Assembly (NCBI GenBank): GCA_009924985.1
Contig: RFQL01000001.1
Span: 1-62,433, forward strand
Source: Burkholderiaceae bacterium
Lineage (GTDB): Bacteria; Pseudomonadota; Gammaproteobacteria; Burkholderiales; Burkholderiaceae
Length of the DNA stretch: 62,433 nucleotides
Direction of reading: 5' to 3'
The notes under the pieces were generated by a model. The model was not told where the DNA came from. It was given only the letters and a program-made list of their open reading frames with translations, and ran no database searches. A program made the position numbers and the translations under genes. This document shows positions 54,135 to 62,433 of this stretch, in pieces. The number at the start of each line of letters is the position of its first letter. The first letter of the stretch is position 1.

Positions 54135-54389
54135 TTATCCGAGCAAGGGATCTAGTCCACCTGCACGATCTAAGGCAGCTAGATCGTCATAACCACCAAT
54201 ATGACGCTCGCCAATATAAATTTGTGGGACTGTTCTGCGACCAGTTCGAGTCATCATTTCTTCACGCTTGCTCGGATCTAGATCAATCAAGACCTTCTGC
54301 AAGTTTTGTACACCCTTTTTTTGTAAGAGTTTTTCTGCCATCACACAGTATGGGCAAACACGGGTGCTATACATCAACACATCTGGCAT
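54135..54389 (-). CDS. grxC: Glutaredoxin 3
   Basis: CPYC active site, TVPQIYI and GGYDDL motifs. Confidence 0.96.
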   Translation of the reverse strand: MPDVLMYSTRVCPYCVMAEKLLQKKGVQNLQKVLIDLDPSKREEMMTRTGRRTVPQIYIGERHIGGYDDLAALDRAGGLDPLLG

Positions 54390-54399
54390 AAGAACCTCG

Positions 54400-54813
54400 T
54401 TATTTGATCAATGGCAAACCAGAGGTCTGCCAAGCGCCAATCCCACCATCTAATACACCCACTTCGGCAAAGCCTAGTTTGCGCAATTCTTTAGCAGCCT
54501 TTTGGGAATGCGTTGGTCCTCGACCAATGAGAACCACAGGAAGCTTTTGATCCAGTTTCATGGTTTTTAAGCCAGATTCAAGACTCTCCAACACCAGATT
54601 TTTGGCATTGGGTAGATGCCCTGCCTTAAAATCTTCTTCCGAACGTAAATCAATCACCGTTGCTTTGCGACGGTTTATCCAAATCGTTGCATCGGTAGGG
54701 CTAAGGCCTTTCCCAGTAATTAGGGTTGATAATGTAGGCATGAATAAGGCCATCCCTGAAATAATCATTAAGGCGGCAAGTACTAAGTTGTCTGTTTGAG
54801 CTAAGAAGTCCAT
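54400..54813 (-). CDS. Membrane-anchored rhodanese-like protein (YibN-like)
   Basis: N-terminal TM helix, IDLR..EDFKAGHLPNA and LDGGIGAW; upstream of grxC-secB-gpsA; ATG 54813. Confidence 0.88.
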   Translation of the reverse strand: MDFLAQTDNLVLAALMIISGMALFMPTLSTLITGKGLSPTDATIWINRRKATVIDLRSEEDFKAGHLPNAKNLVLESLESGLKTMKLDQKLPVVLIGRGPTHSQKAAKELRKLGFAEVGVLDGGIGAWQTSGLPLIK

Positions 54814-54835
54814 TGGTAGATTATAGAATGCATCT

Positions 54836-55531
54836 ATGAAACAACTCATCCTTGTCCGCCATGGCCAATCTGCATGGAACCTTGAAAATCGCTTTACAGG
54901 TTGGGCCGATATTGATCTAACCCCCACTGGTGTTGAGCAGTCCTTGACTGCTGGCAGACTTTTGAGGGAGAAGGGTTATGAGTTTGATATCGCCTACACC
55001 TCAGTTCTCAAAAGAGCCATTCGGACCCTTTGGCATATACAGGACGCAATGGACCTGATGTGGGTGCCGGTGGTACATAGCTGGCGGTTGAATGAACGCC
55101 ATTATGGTGGTCTAACAGGTCTTAGTAAGGCCGAGACAGCAGCTCAATTCGGGGATGAGCAGGTCTATATCTGGCGCCGCTCATATTCAATTCCGCCGCC
55201 GCCCCTTCATGCGGCACAGCGTGCAGAAATTGCCAAAGACCCCCGCTATGCCAAATTACACGAGCAGGATATTCCCCATGGGGAGTGTCTAAAAGATACG
55301 GTGCAACGAGTTCTACCCCTGTGGAATGAATCGATTGCCCCAGCCCTAAAACTCGGTAAACGGGTCATTTTAGTGGCTCACGGCAATAGCATTCGTGCCC
55401 TTATCAAGCATCTAGACCAAATCTCGGATGAGGCCATCATGGGCGTTAATGTCCCCAATGGTAATCCCTTAATTTATGAGCTAGACAATGAACTGAAACC
55501 ACAACAACATTTCTATTTAGAGGCAAAATAG
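54836..55531 (+). CDS. gpmA: 2,3-bisphosphoglycerate-dependent phosphoglycerate mutase
   Basis: [22 protein letters not shown] and AHGNSIR motifs. Confidence 0.97.
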   Translation: MKQLILVRHGQSAWNLENRFTGWADIDLTPTGVEQSLTAGRLLREKGYEFDIAYTSVLKRAIRTLWHIQDAMDLMWVPVVHSWRLNERHYGGLTGLSKAETAAQFGDEQVYIWRRSYSIPPPPLHAAQRAEIAKDPRYAKLHEQDIPHGECLKDTVQRVLPLWNESIAPALKLGKRVILVAHGNSIRALIKHLDQISDEAIMGVNVPNGNPLIYELDNELKPQQHFYLEAK

Positions 55532-55535
55532 GGGA

Positions 55536-56972
55536 ATGCGCCAACTATTAAGAAATATTGCCCTGATTGGAATCGGCTTAGTCGCCGGAATTGCTGCGAC
55601 TATTCAACTTTCTGCAACTGCTCAGCAGGGAGCCAATACCCTTCCACTGGATGAGTTGCGGACGCTTTCCAATGTTTTTGGGCAGATTAAACGTGAATAC
55701 GTTGAGCCCATCGAGGATAAGCAATTACTAACAGATGCCGTCAAGGGCATGGTTAGCAGCCTTGACCCTCACTCCGCCTATTTAGATAAAAAAGATTTTG
55801 CTGAGATGCAAGAGCAAACAGCTGGTAAATTTGCTGGTCTTGGTATTGAGATTACCTCTGAAGATGGCTTGGTTAAAGTACTCAATCCGATTGAAGGATC
55901 ACCGGCAGCAAAAGCTGGGTTACAAGCAGGCGATCTGATTACGCGCCTAGACGATAAGCCTGTGCGCGGTATGTCCTTGGATAAAGCAGTACGCACTATG
56001 CGCGGTACTCCTGGCACCAAGATTACCCTCACTATTTTCCGTAAAAGTGAAGAGCGCACCTTTCCGGTAACCATTACACGCGCAGAAATTAAAGTGCAAT
56101 CGATCAAAGCAAAAATTGTAGATAACAATATTGCATGGGTTCGCATTACCAGTTTTCAAGAGCGCACTATTCCCGATCTTGCTAAAAAGTTAGCCGAGCT
56201 TGCGAATAAAGATCCAAAATTAAAAGGTTTGGTTCTCGATCTGCGCAATAATGGTGGCGGTCTCCTCCAAGGTGCTGTTGGTGTAGCGGCGGCCTTCCTA
56301 CCTCCAGGAGCAGTTATTGTCTCTACTAAGGGTCAGGCCCCAGACTCTAGGCAGGTATTTAATGCGATACCTGCAATGTATAAACTGAACGAGTCTGGCG
56401 ATCCCTTAGATGATGTGCCCCCACTCTTTAAGAAAATCCCGATGGTTGTTTTAGTCAATGCGTACTCCGCCTCTGCTTCGGAAATCGTTGCCGGCGCTTT
56501 ACAAGATTTCAAACGAGCAACCATCATTGGCAAAACAACTTTTGGCAAAGGTTCTGTACAAACCGTCAGGCCGCTGAGCAGTGATTCTGCCCTCAAAATT
56601 ACAACCGCCTACTACTACACACCGAATGGTCGCTCAATTCAAGCCTTTGGGATTAAACCGGATATTCCGGTTGATCAGAGTAAAGATGGTGATCCCGATG
56701 ATGTTCTGATCACGCGGGAGATCGATAGTGAAAAACATTTACGTAATAAACAATCCTCTGAAGAAGCCTTAATTAAAGATCGTGAGAAGCGCCGCTTGCA
56801 AGAGCTACAGTTAATTGAAGAGCGTAATGCAAAGAAGACGCCTGAAGAGCGCGAAAAAGAAAAGGGTAAACGTCCCCCTGAATTTGGTAGCAATGAGGAT
56901 TTCATGTTGCAACAGGCCGTTGCTTTTCTAAACGGTCAAACCGTGAAGCGCTCAGCATCCAAGCTTGAGTGA
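55536..56972 (+). CDS. ctpA: S41 carboxyl-terminal processing protease (PDZ)
   Basis: LDPHS, GLGIE PDZ loop, DLRNNGGG, SASASEIVAGALQD and TFGKGSVQT motifs. Confidence 0.93.
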   Translation: MRQLLRNIALIGIGLVAGIAATIQLSATAQQGANTLPLDELRTLSNVFGQIKREYVEPIEDKQLLTDAVKGMVSSLDPHSAYLDKKDFAEMQEQTAGKFAGLGIEITSEDGLVKVLNPIEGSPAAKAGLQAGDLITRLDDKPVRGMSLDKAVRTMRGTPGTKITLTIFRKSEERTFPVTITRAEIKVQSIKAKIVDNNIAWVRITSFQERTIPDLAKKLAELANKDPKLKGLVLDLRNNGGGLLQGAVGVAAAFLPPGAVIVSTKGQAPDSRQVFNAIPAMYKLNESGDPLDDVPPLFKKIPMVVLVNAYSASASEIVAGALQDFKRATIIGKTTFGKGSVQTVRPLSSDSALKITTAYYYTPNGRSIQAFGIKPDIPVDQSKDGDPDDVLITREIDSEKHLRNKQSSEEALIKDREKRRLQELQLIEERNAKKTPEEREKEKGKRPPEFGSNEDFMLQQAVAFLNGQTVKRSASKLE

Positions 56973-56984
56973 GCGCCTTTGCTC

Positions 56985-57734
56985 ATGAATGACGAGCAAC
57001 TACTGCGTTACTCCAGGCATCTTCTACTCGAAGAGATTGATATTGCTGGTCAGGAACAGCTGCTCAATAGTCATGTATTAGTTATTGGTGCGGGCGGCTT
57101 AGGCTCTGCTTGTGCACCCTACCTAGCTGCGGCAGGAGTGGGGCAAATTACCCTCGTGGATCATGATCGGGTTGAACTTACCAACTTACAGCGTCAGATC
57201 ATGCATCAACATAATAGTGTCGGAATGAGCAAGGTTGGGTCTGGAAAACGATTTCTAAATAGCCTCAATCCTGGAATCACTATTCATGCGATCGAACAAA
57301 AAGCGGATGAGGCATTACTCGAAGAGCTTGTAATGAAGGTATCGGTAGTGATCGATTGCACCGATAATTTTGTAACCCGTCACCTCATCAATCGAATCAG
57401 CCTTAAGCACAAAAAAACGCTGGTCTCGGGTGCGGCAATCGGATTTGATGCACAAATCAGCGTATTTGATTTTAGGCAAGCGAGCTCACCCTGTTATGCC
57501 TGCATTTTTCCACCAGACCCCCATTTTGTGGAAACAAGTTGTGCGAGTATGGGCGTCTTCTCACCACTCGTTGGAATCATTGGGTCTCTCCAAGCAGCGC
57601 AGGCTTTACAGATCTTGATTGGCTTTGGAGAACCTTTGCTGGGGCGATTGTTGATTTGGAATGCCCGCAATTCACAAATCGATGAAATTAAGATACAACG
57701 TAATTTAGACTGCCCTGTATGTGGGGCGCGTTAA
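56985..57734 (+). CDS. ThiF/MoeB family adenylyltransferase
   Basis: RYSRHLLL, GAGGLGS, TNLQRQ, DCTDN and two CxxC zinc motifs. Confidence 0.92.
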   Translation: MNDEQLLRYSRHLLLEEIDIAGQEQLLNSHVLVIGAGGLGSACAPYLAAAGVGQITLVDHDRVELTNLQRQIMHQHNSVGMSKVGSGKRFLNSLNPGITIHAIEQKADEALLEELVMKVSVVIDCTDNFVTRHLINRISLKHKKTLVSGAAIGFDAQISVFDFRQASSPCYACIFPPDPHFVETSCASMGVFSPLVGIIGSLQAAQALQILIGFGEPLLGRLLIWNARNSQIDEIKIQRNLDCPVCGAR

Positions 57735-57742
57735 GTTTAGCT

Positions 57743-59497
57743 TTAATGTACTGAATTTAGACGATTGAACAACACACTTTGCTCCACAGGATCAAAAGTA
57801 GCTAAGAGTTCATCAATATGTGTTTTCAGCTTGCGTGTGTCGGCTTGCAAAATTTCACGTTTAACCAATAGTAATTGACTAAAGTGCATTGAGAAATCAG
57901 TTAAGCCCATCGCTAATAATAGCTTTGTCAATGCAGGGTCTCCTGCCATCTCGCCGCACACTGCAATCGGTACCTTAGCCTTTTGAGCCTGCCGAATAAT
58001 GGAAGCAATCAAATTTAATACTGCTGGATTTAATGGATCATACAAATGGGCAACAGCGTGATCAGCGCGATCGATTGCTAAGGTGTACTGAATTAAATCA
58101 TTGGTACCAATCGATAAATAATCAAAATGTTTTACAAAGAGAGGCATCATTAGGGCTGCTGCTGGAACCTCAATCATGGCCCCTACCTGTATATTGGTAT
58201 TAAACGCTTGGCCCCGCTCATAAAGTTGTTGTTTTGCTTTATCAATTAAGCGCAAACTTTCATAGATTTCCTGAGCATGTGCAACCATCGGTAGTAAAAG
58301 CCGTACCTGCCCATGTGCGGATGCTCGCAAAATAGCGCGCAACTGGGTTAAAAAAATCTCTGGCTCGGATAGGGACCACCGAATTGCTCGTAAGCCGAGT
58401 GGTGATGTACCAGTACTTCCAGTCTCCGCCCCCGATACTGATTTATCAGAGCCAATATCAATCGTTCGAATATTCACGGGTAAGCCAAACATAGCCTCGA
58501 CTGCACGGGTATATTCTTGATATTGATTTTCTTCATCAGGCAAACTATGTTCTTGGTTCATAAATAGAAATTCAGAACGAAATAAACCAATCCCTACTGC
58601 ACCTAATTCAATCGCATGTCTAGCATCCTCGGGTAGTTCAATATTGGCAAAGAGTTCAATCTCAACACCATCCCTTGTTTTAGTTGGGCTATATTTAATC
58701 TCCTGTAACTTTTGCGTATCGCGATCCTGTTCGGCTTGCAAGGTGCGATATTGGCTCAATAGCGCCTCATCGGGAGCCACAATCACAATCCCAGCATCAG
58801 CATCAATAATTAACCAATCACCATGCTCGATGATGTCACTTGCGTGACGAATTCCGACTAAGGCCGGAATCTCTAAACTACGCGCAACAATTGCTGTGTG
58901 TGAGGTCTTGCCACCTAAATCCGTTACAAATCCACTTAAGGCATTCTCTTTAAAGCGCAACATGTCATGCGGGGCAATATCATGGGTCACCACAATAGAA
59001 CCACCTTCAAAATCACCAGAAATTAATCCCTCACCCCCAATCACTGTTTGACGATTTTGCGAATGGATTGCCTTAATAACGCGTTCAGCAACCTGCCGAA
59101 TATCATTACCCCGTTCCTTGAGATACGGATCATCGATCTCAGAAAATTGCTCAAGTAAATCATTAAGCTCTGTAGTGAGGGCCCAAGCAGCATTTAAACG
59201 TTTTTGACGAATTAACTCGAGTGGCTTTTGCGCCAAGGTTGGATCTGACAAAATCATTTGATGAACATCTAAGAATGCTGCCATCTCTTGTGGAGCATCT
59301 TTTGGTAAGACGGCTTTAAGGGTAGATAGCTCATTGCGAACTTGCTCAAAAGCCTGTAGCAACCTGTTAGCTTCAAGCTCTTCCGTACCTGGCTGTACTA
59401 AATAATGACTAACCTCGAGTGCTGCGCGTGATATTAGTACCGCCTTGCCAATAGCAATTCCTTTGGAGACCGATACGCCGTGGAGCGCAAAACTCAT
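57743..59497 (-). CDS. ptsI: PEP-protein phosphotransferase (PTS enzyme I, no GAF domain)
   Basis: GGKTSHTAIVAR (phospho-His), GLFRSEFLF, SIGTNDLIQY and VCGEMAG motifs. Confidence 0.95.
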   Translation of the reverse strand: MSFALHGVSVSKGIAIGKAVLISRAALEVSHYLVQPGTEELEANRLLQAFEQVRNELSTLKAVLPKDAPQEMAAFLDVHQMILSDPTLAQKPLELIRQKRLNAAWALTTELNDLLEQFSEIDDPYLKERGNDIRQVAERVIKAIHSQNRQTVIGGEGLISGDFEGGSIVVTHDIAPHDMLRFKENALSGFVTDLGGKTSHTAIVARSLEIPALVGIRHASDIIEHGDWLIIDADAGIVIVAPDEALLSQYRTLQAEQDRDTQKLQEIKYSPTKTRDGVEIELFANIELPEDARHAIELGAVGIGLFRSEFLFMNQEHSLPDEENQYQEYTRAVEAMFGLPVNIRTIDIGSDKSVSGAETGSTGTSPLGLRAIRWSLSEPEIFLTQLRAILRASAHGQVRLLLPMVAHAQEIYESLRLIDKAKQQLYERGQAFNTNIQVGAMIEVPAAALMMPLFVKHFDYLSIGTNDLIQYTLAIDRADHAVAHLYDPLNPAVLNLIASIIRQAQKAKVPIAVCGEMAGDPALTKLLLAMGLTDFSMHFSQLLLVKREILQADTRKLKTHIDELLATFDPVEQSVLFNRLNSVH

Positions 59498-59499
59498 GC

Positions 59500-59769
59500 C
59501 TAATCACCCTCGCCAAAGCGGTCATTAATAAGGGCACCTATCGCGGTGAGGGCTTTATCTTCTTGCTCTCCAACCGTCTCTAATGTGACGATACTACCCA
59601 TTCCGGCGGCCAACATCATTACACCCATAATACTTTTTGCATTAATGCGGCGCCCATTCTTACTCAGAAAAACTTCGCAAGGATACTCACTGGCTAATTG
59701 CGACAGCTTGGCAGAGGCTCGTGCATGTAAGCCTAATTTATTGATGATCTCTATATCAAGCTTAGGCAT
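59500..59769 (-). CDS. ptsH: Phosphocarrier protein HPr
   Basis: GLHARAS (His15) and NAKSIMGVMML (Ser46, the HprK target). Confidence 0.95.
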   Translation of the reverse strand: MPKLDIEIINKLGLHARASAKLSQLASEYPCEVFLSKNGRRINAKSIMGVMMLAAGMGSIVTLETVGEQEDKALTAIGALINDRFGEGD

Positions 59770-60215
59770 TATGAGTCTCCCGCCTTCTCGTTCATGACTA
59801 GCTCTACATTAATTAGCGGTGCGCCTAAACGAATAATGCCATTTTGGCCACCCTGTAAGGCCTTGAGTGCCAAGGATTCTAGGCCGTCAGCACGATAGGA
59901 AATAGCACGCATTAACATCGGCAAGTTAATGCCGGCTAAAACCAAAACCTTGCAGTCCACTATGCCTGGTTTTGTTAAGCGAGATGCCACATTAGCGGGG
60001 GTAGCCCCCATCAAGTCGGTTAACACTAGTATGCCAGCCTCGCTCTTTATTTGCACAGCAGCGGCCATTACTCGCTCTTCACTCGTGCGCACATCTTCAT
60101 GTGGCGGAATATCGACCGCTGCGACTCGCACCGGAAGCTCTCCATAAGTATGCTCAATAAATCCCAACATTGCACCTGCAATGGGCGTATGCGCCACAAT
60201 TAATATACTGGGCAT
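59769..60215 (-). CDS. PTS EIIA mannose-family (stand-alone)
   Basis: ILIVAH, LTDLMGATP and GINLPML motifs. Confidence 0.9.
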   Translation of the reverse strand: MPSILIVAHTPIAGAMLGFIEHTYGELPVRVAAVDIPPHEDVRTSEERVMAAAVQIKSEAGILVLTDLMGATPANVASRLTKPGIVDCKVLVLAGINLPMLMRAISYRADGLESLALKALQGGQNGIIRLGAPLINVELVMNEKAGDS

Positions 60216-60217
60216 GA

Positions 60218-61156
60218 CTACGCTAGCTCCTTCTCAAGTAATGTCAGCCATTTTTTGGCAATATCCAAATTCGTTTGTTGAGTAATCTCTACAAAACAGG
60301 TAGGGCTGGTTACATTAATTTCGGTTAGATATCCACCAATCATGTCTAGGCCCACCAAAAATAATCCACGATTCGCTAGAATCGGGGCAAGGTGATTAGC
60401 AATTTCTTGTTCACGCGCTGTCAATGCCATCGCCAAACCTTTACCGCCTACCGCAAGATTGCCACGAATCTCAGATCCTTGCGGAATTCTGGCTAATGCA
60501 TAAGGCATTACCTCGCCGCCAATTAAGAGAACGCGCTTATCTCCTGCGGTAATTTCTGGGAGATAGCGTTGGGCCATTAAGGTTCTAGCGCCATTCTCAC
60601 CCAAGGTCTCAACAATACTGCCAAGGTTTAAGCCATCTGGCCCCACCCGAAATACTCCCATACCGCCCATGCCATCTAATGGCTTAATCACAATATCCTG
60701 AAGCAACGTATGGAAATTCCGAATCGCATGAATATCACGCGTGACCAATGTTGGAGGAATAAATTGTGGGAACTCGGTAATCGATAATTTTTCTGAATGA
60801 TTACGAACTGCATCTGGGTTATTGAATACCCGTGCACCTTGTAATACTGCTGCTGATAATATCCACGTGCTCGTCAAATATTCGACTGTAAAGGGAGGGT
60901 CTTGGCGCATTAAGACCGCAGTAAAGTAATCCAAAGAGTGCTCTTCAACATCGCCTAATCGATACCAAATCAGATCGTTCGTTATTGTTAGGAGCTGAGC
61001 CCGCGCCCTGGCTTTGCCTTCCCCCCATAGCAAATCATGACTTTGTGCGTACCAAATGGTGTGCCCCGCACTTTGTGCGGCCCGCATCATCGCTAAGGTG
61101 GTATCTTTTTCTACCTTAAAAGAATCAAGTGGGTCGGCAATAAAAAGGAGCTTCAT
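60218..61156 (-). CDS. gshB: Glutathione synthetase
   Basis: KDTT, MRQDPPF, EKL, KPLDGMGG, GDKR, RGNLAVGG and EINVTSPT motifs. Confidence 0.97.
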   Translation of the reverse strand: MKLLFIADPLDSFKVEKDTTLAMMRAAQSAGHTIWYAQSHDLLWGEGKARARAQLLTITNDLIWYRLGDVEEHSLDYFTAVLMRQDPPFTVEYLTSTWILSAAVLQGARVFNNPDAVRNHSEKLSITEFPQFIPPTLVTRDIHAIRNFHTLLQDIVIKPLDGMGGMGVFRVGPDGLNLGSIVETLGENGARTLMAQRYLPEITAGDKRVLLIGGEVMPYALARIPQGSEIRGNLAVGGKGLAMALTAREQEIANHLAPILANRGLFLVGLDMIGGYLTEINVTSPTCFVEITQQTNLDIAKKWLTLLEKELA

Positions 61157-61170
61157 GGCAATGGCTAATA

Positions 61171-62433
61171 TTAGGCAGCCTCTGCATCGGGGTCGGTTCG
61201 CTCCAGCTCAAGCGAGGCAGCCAGTAAGGCTAAGCGCGCCACCACGCCATACAGATAAAAACGATTGGGAGCGGCACTACCAGGCTTTGCTCGCATATCT
61301 GGCATTGCATTTTGTTCAAATGCCAGCGGTACAAAATGCATACCAGGGGCATTCAAATTCTCATCAGGCCCGCGATCGGTATGAACACGATAGAAGCCTC
61401 CCACCACATAGCGATCAATCATGTACACCACCGGCTCGGCTACTGCCTCGTTAACCTTCTCAAAGGTATAAACACCTTCTTGCACAATCACATCATTTAC
61501 CTCTAGACCCTCTTTCACCACACTCATTTTGTTGCGATCGCGCCGATTTAAGTTCTTTAGGTCACTCGCATCATGGGCAATCATGACCCCCATGCCATAG
61601 GTTCCAGCATCGGGTTTGACCACAACATAGGGTTTATCTTTAATACCGTACTCACGATACTTTTTAGCTGTTTTCTTAAGTACCTGATCAACGGCTGCCA
61701 TTAATTCTTCTTCACCCTTTTGCTCATGAAAGTTCATGCCTGAGCAGCGCGCAAAATAGGGGTTAATCATCCACAGATCAACATTAATTAGTTTGGCAAA
61801 TTTCTTGGCAAGCTCTTCATAGGCTAAGAAATGATTCGACTTGCGTCGTATCGGCCAGCCAGCGTGCAAGCCGGGTAATAAATACTGCTCATGAACATTC
61901 TCCAAAATGGGAGGAATGCCTGCTGATAAATCGTTATTGAGCAAGATTGAACAAGGATCAAAATCTTTTAAACCCAAACGCGTCTTGCGCAACCCCAAGC
62001 GGGTTAGGGGCTCCAGAACTAAACGCCCTCCCTCTGGTAAATCGATCGCAGTCGGTTTCTTAATTTCATCCGATAAAGTGCCCAAGCGAACATTAAGACC
62101 AGCTTGTCGCAGAATCGATGACATACAAGCGATGTTTTGCAAATAGAAAGTATTGCGGGTATGACGTTCAGGGATTAGTAATAGGTTTTTAGCTTCGGGG
62201 CAGATCTTCTCAATCGCAGCCATCGCAGCCTGAACGGCTAATGGCAACATCTCTGGTGAGAGGTTATTAAAGCCGCCCGGGAAGAGATTGGTATCAATGG
62301 GGGATAATTTAAAGCCAGAGTTACGCAAATCAACCGAGCAATAAAAGGGCGGGGTATGTTCCTGCCACTCCAGCCTAAACCAGCGCTCTATTGTCGGAGT
62401 TGCCTCGAGTACTTTGGACTCAAGCTCTAGAAG
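61171..62433 (-). CDS. gshA: Glutamate--cysteine ligase (betaproteobacterial GshA type), 5'-truncated by the window end
   Basis: The frame is open to the window end (…IERWFRLEWQEHTPPFYCSVDLRNSGFKLSPIDTNLFPGGFNN); GTYGMG and EPVVYMIDRYVVGGFYR motifs; adjacent to gshB. Confidence 0.93.
   Translation of the reverse strand, partial: LLELESKVLEATPTIERWFRLEWQEHTPPFYCSVDLRNSGFKLSPIDTNLFPGGFNNLSPEMLPLAVQAAMAAIEKICPEAKNLLLIPERHTRNTFYLQNIACMSSILRQAGLNVRLGTLSDEIKKPTAIDLPEGGRLVLEPLTRLGLRKTRLGLKDFDPCSILLNNDLSAGIPPILENVHEQYLLPGLHAGWPIRRKSNHFLAYEELAKKFAKLINVDLWMINPYFARCSGMNFHEQKGEEELMAAVDQVLKKTAKKYREYGIKDKPYVVVKPDAGTYGMGVMIAHDASDLKNLNRRDRNKMSVVKEGLEVNDVIVQEGVYTFEKVNEAVAEPVVYMIDRYVVGGFYRVHTDRGPDENLNAPGMHFVPLAFEQNAMPDMRAKPGSAAPNRFYLYGVVARLALLAASLELERTDPDAEAA

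Noticed and set aside
54400-54813. Rhodanese lacking the catalytic Cys as a pseudogene
   Set aside because: The ORF is intact, and YibN-type rhodanese domains at this locus are normally non-catalytic.

Overview
A gene-dense, compact stretch of core chromosome from a Burkholderiales betaproteobacterium. Gene order, very short intergenic spaces and protein sequences are most reminiscent of Polynucleobacter (inference, not a database result). It holds about 65 mostly housekeeping CDSs: pyrC, aspS-nudB, ubiE-Tim44-ubiJ-ubiB, ilvA, queF, ssb/uvrA, kdsDC-lptCAB, hpf-ptsN-hprK-rapZ, mutY/mutM, ispE-prs-rplY-pth, coaD/rsmD, an M16 peptidase pair, ftsY-rpoH, an A1-type cytochrome c oxidase plus assembly cluster, comF/trmL, gpsA-secB-grxC, gpmA-ctpA, a regulatory PTS (EIIA-HPr-EI) and gshB/gshA. 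It also holds the 5' part of rnpB and one tRNA-Gln(UUG). I found no mobile element, prophage, CRISPR array or defence island, and no clearly new multi-gene system. The most notable signals are: (1) a single ORF fusing a shortened TPR protein to LolB, apparently without a lipobox; (2) a heavily decayed rpoN (sigma-54) fossil between lptB and hpf; (3) a 19-codon remnant of a large FAD-linked oxidoreductase gene kept just upstream of the DUF971-ubiE operon; (4) nine genes with a TAnnnT hexamer exactly 6 nt before the ATG, suggesting widespread leaderless transcription, often from back-to-back divergent -10 boxes; (5) a near-perfect CIRCE element over the rpoH promoter; and (6) a 37-aa cox-operon membrane peptide missed by the ORF track.
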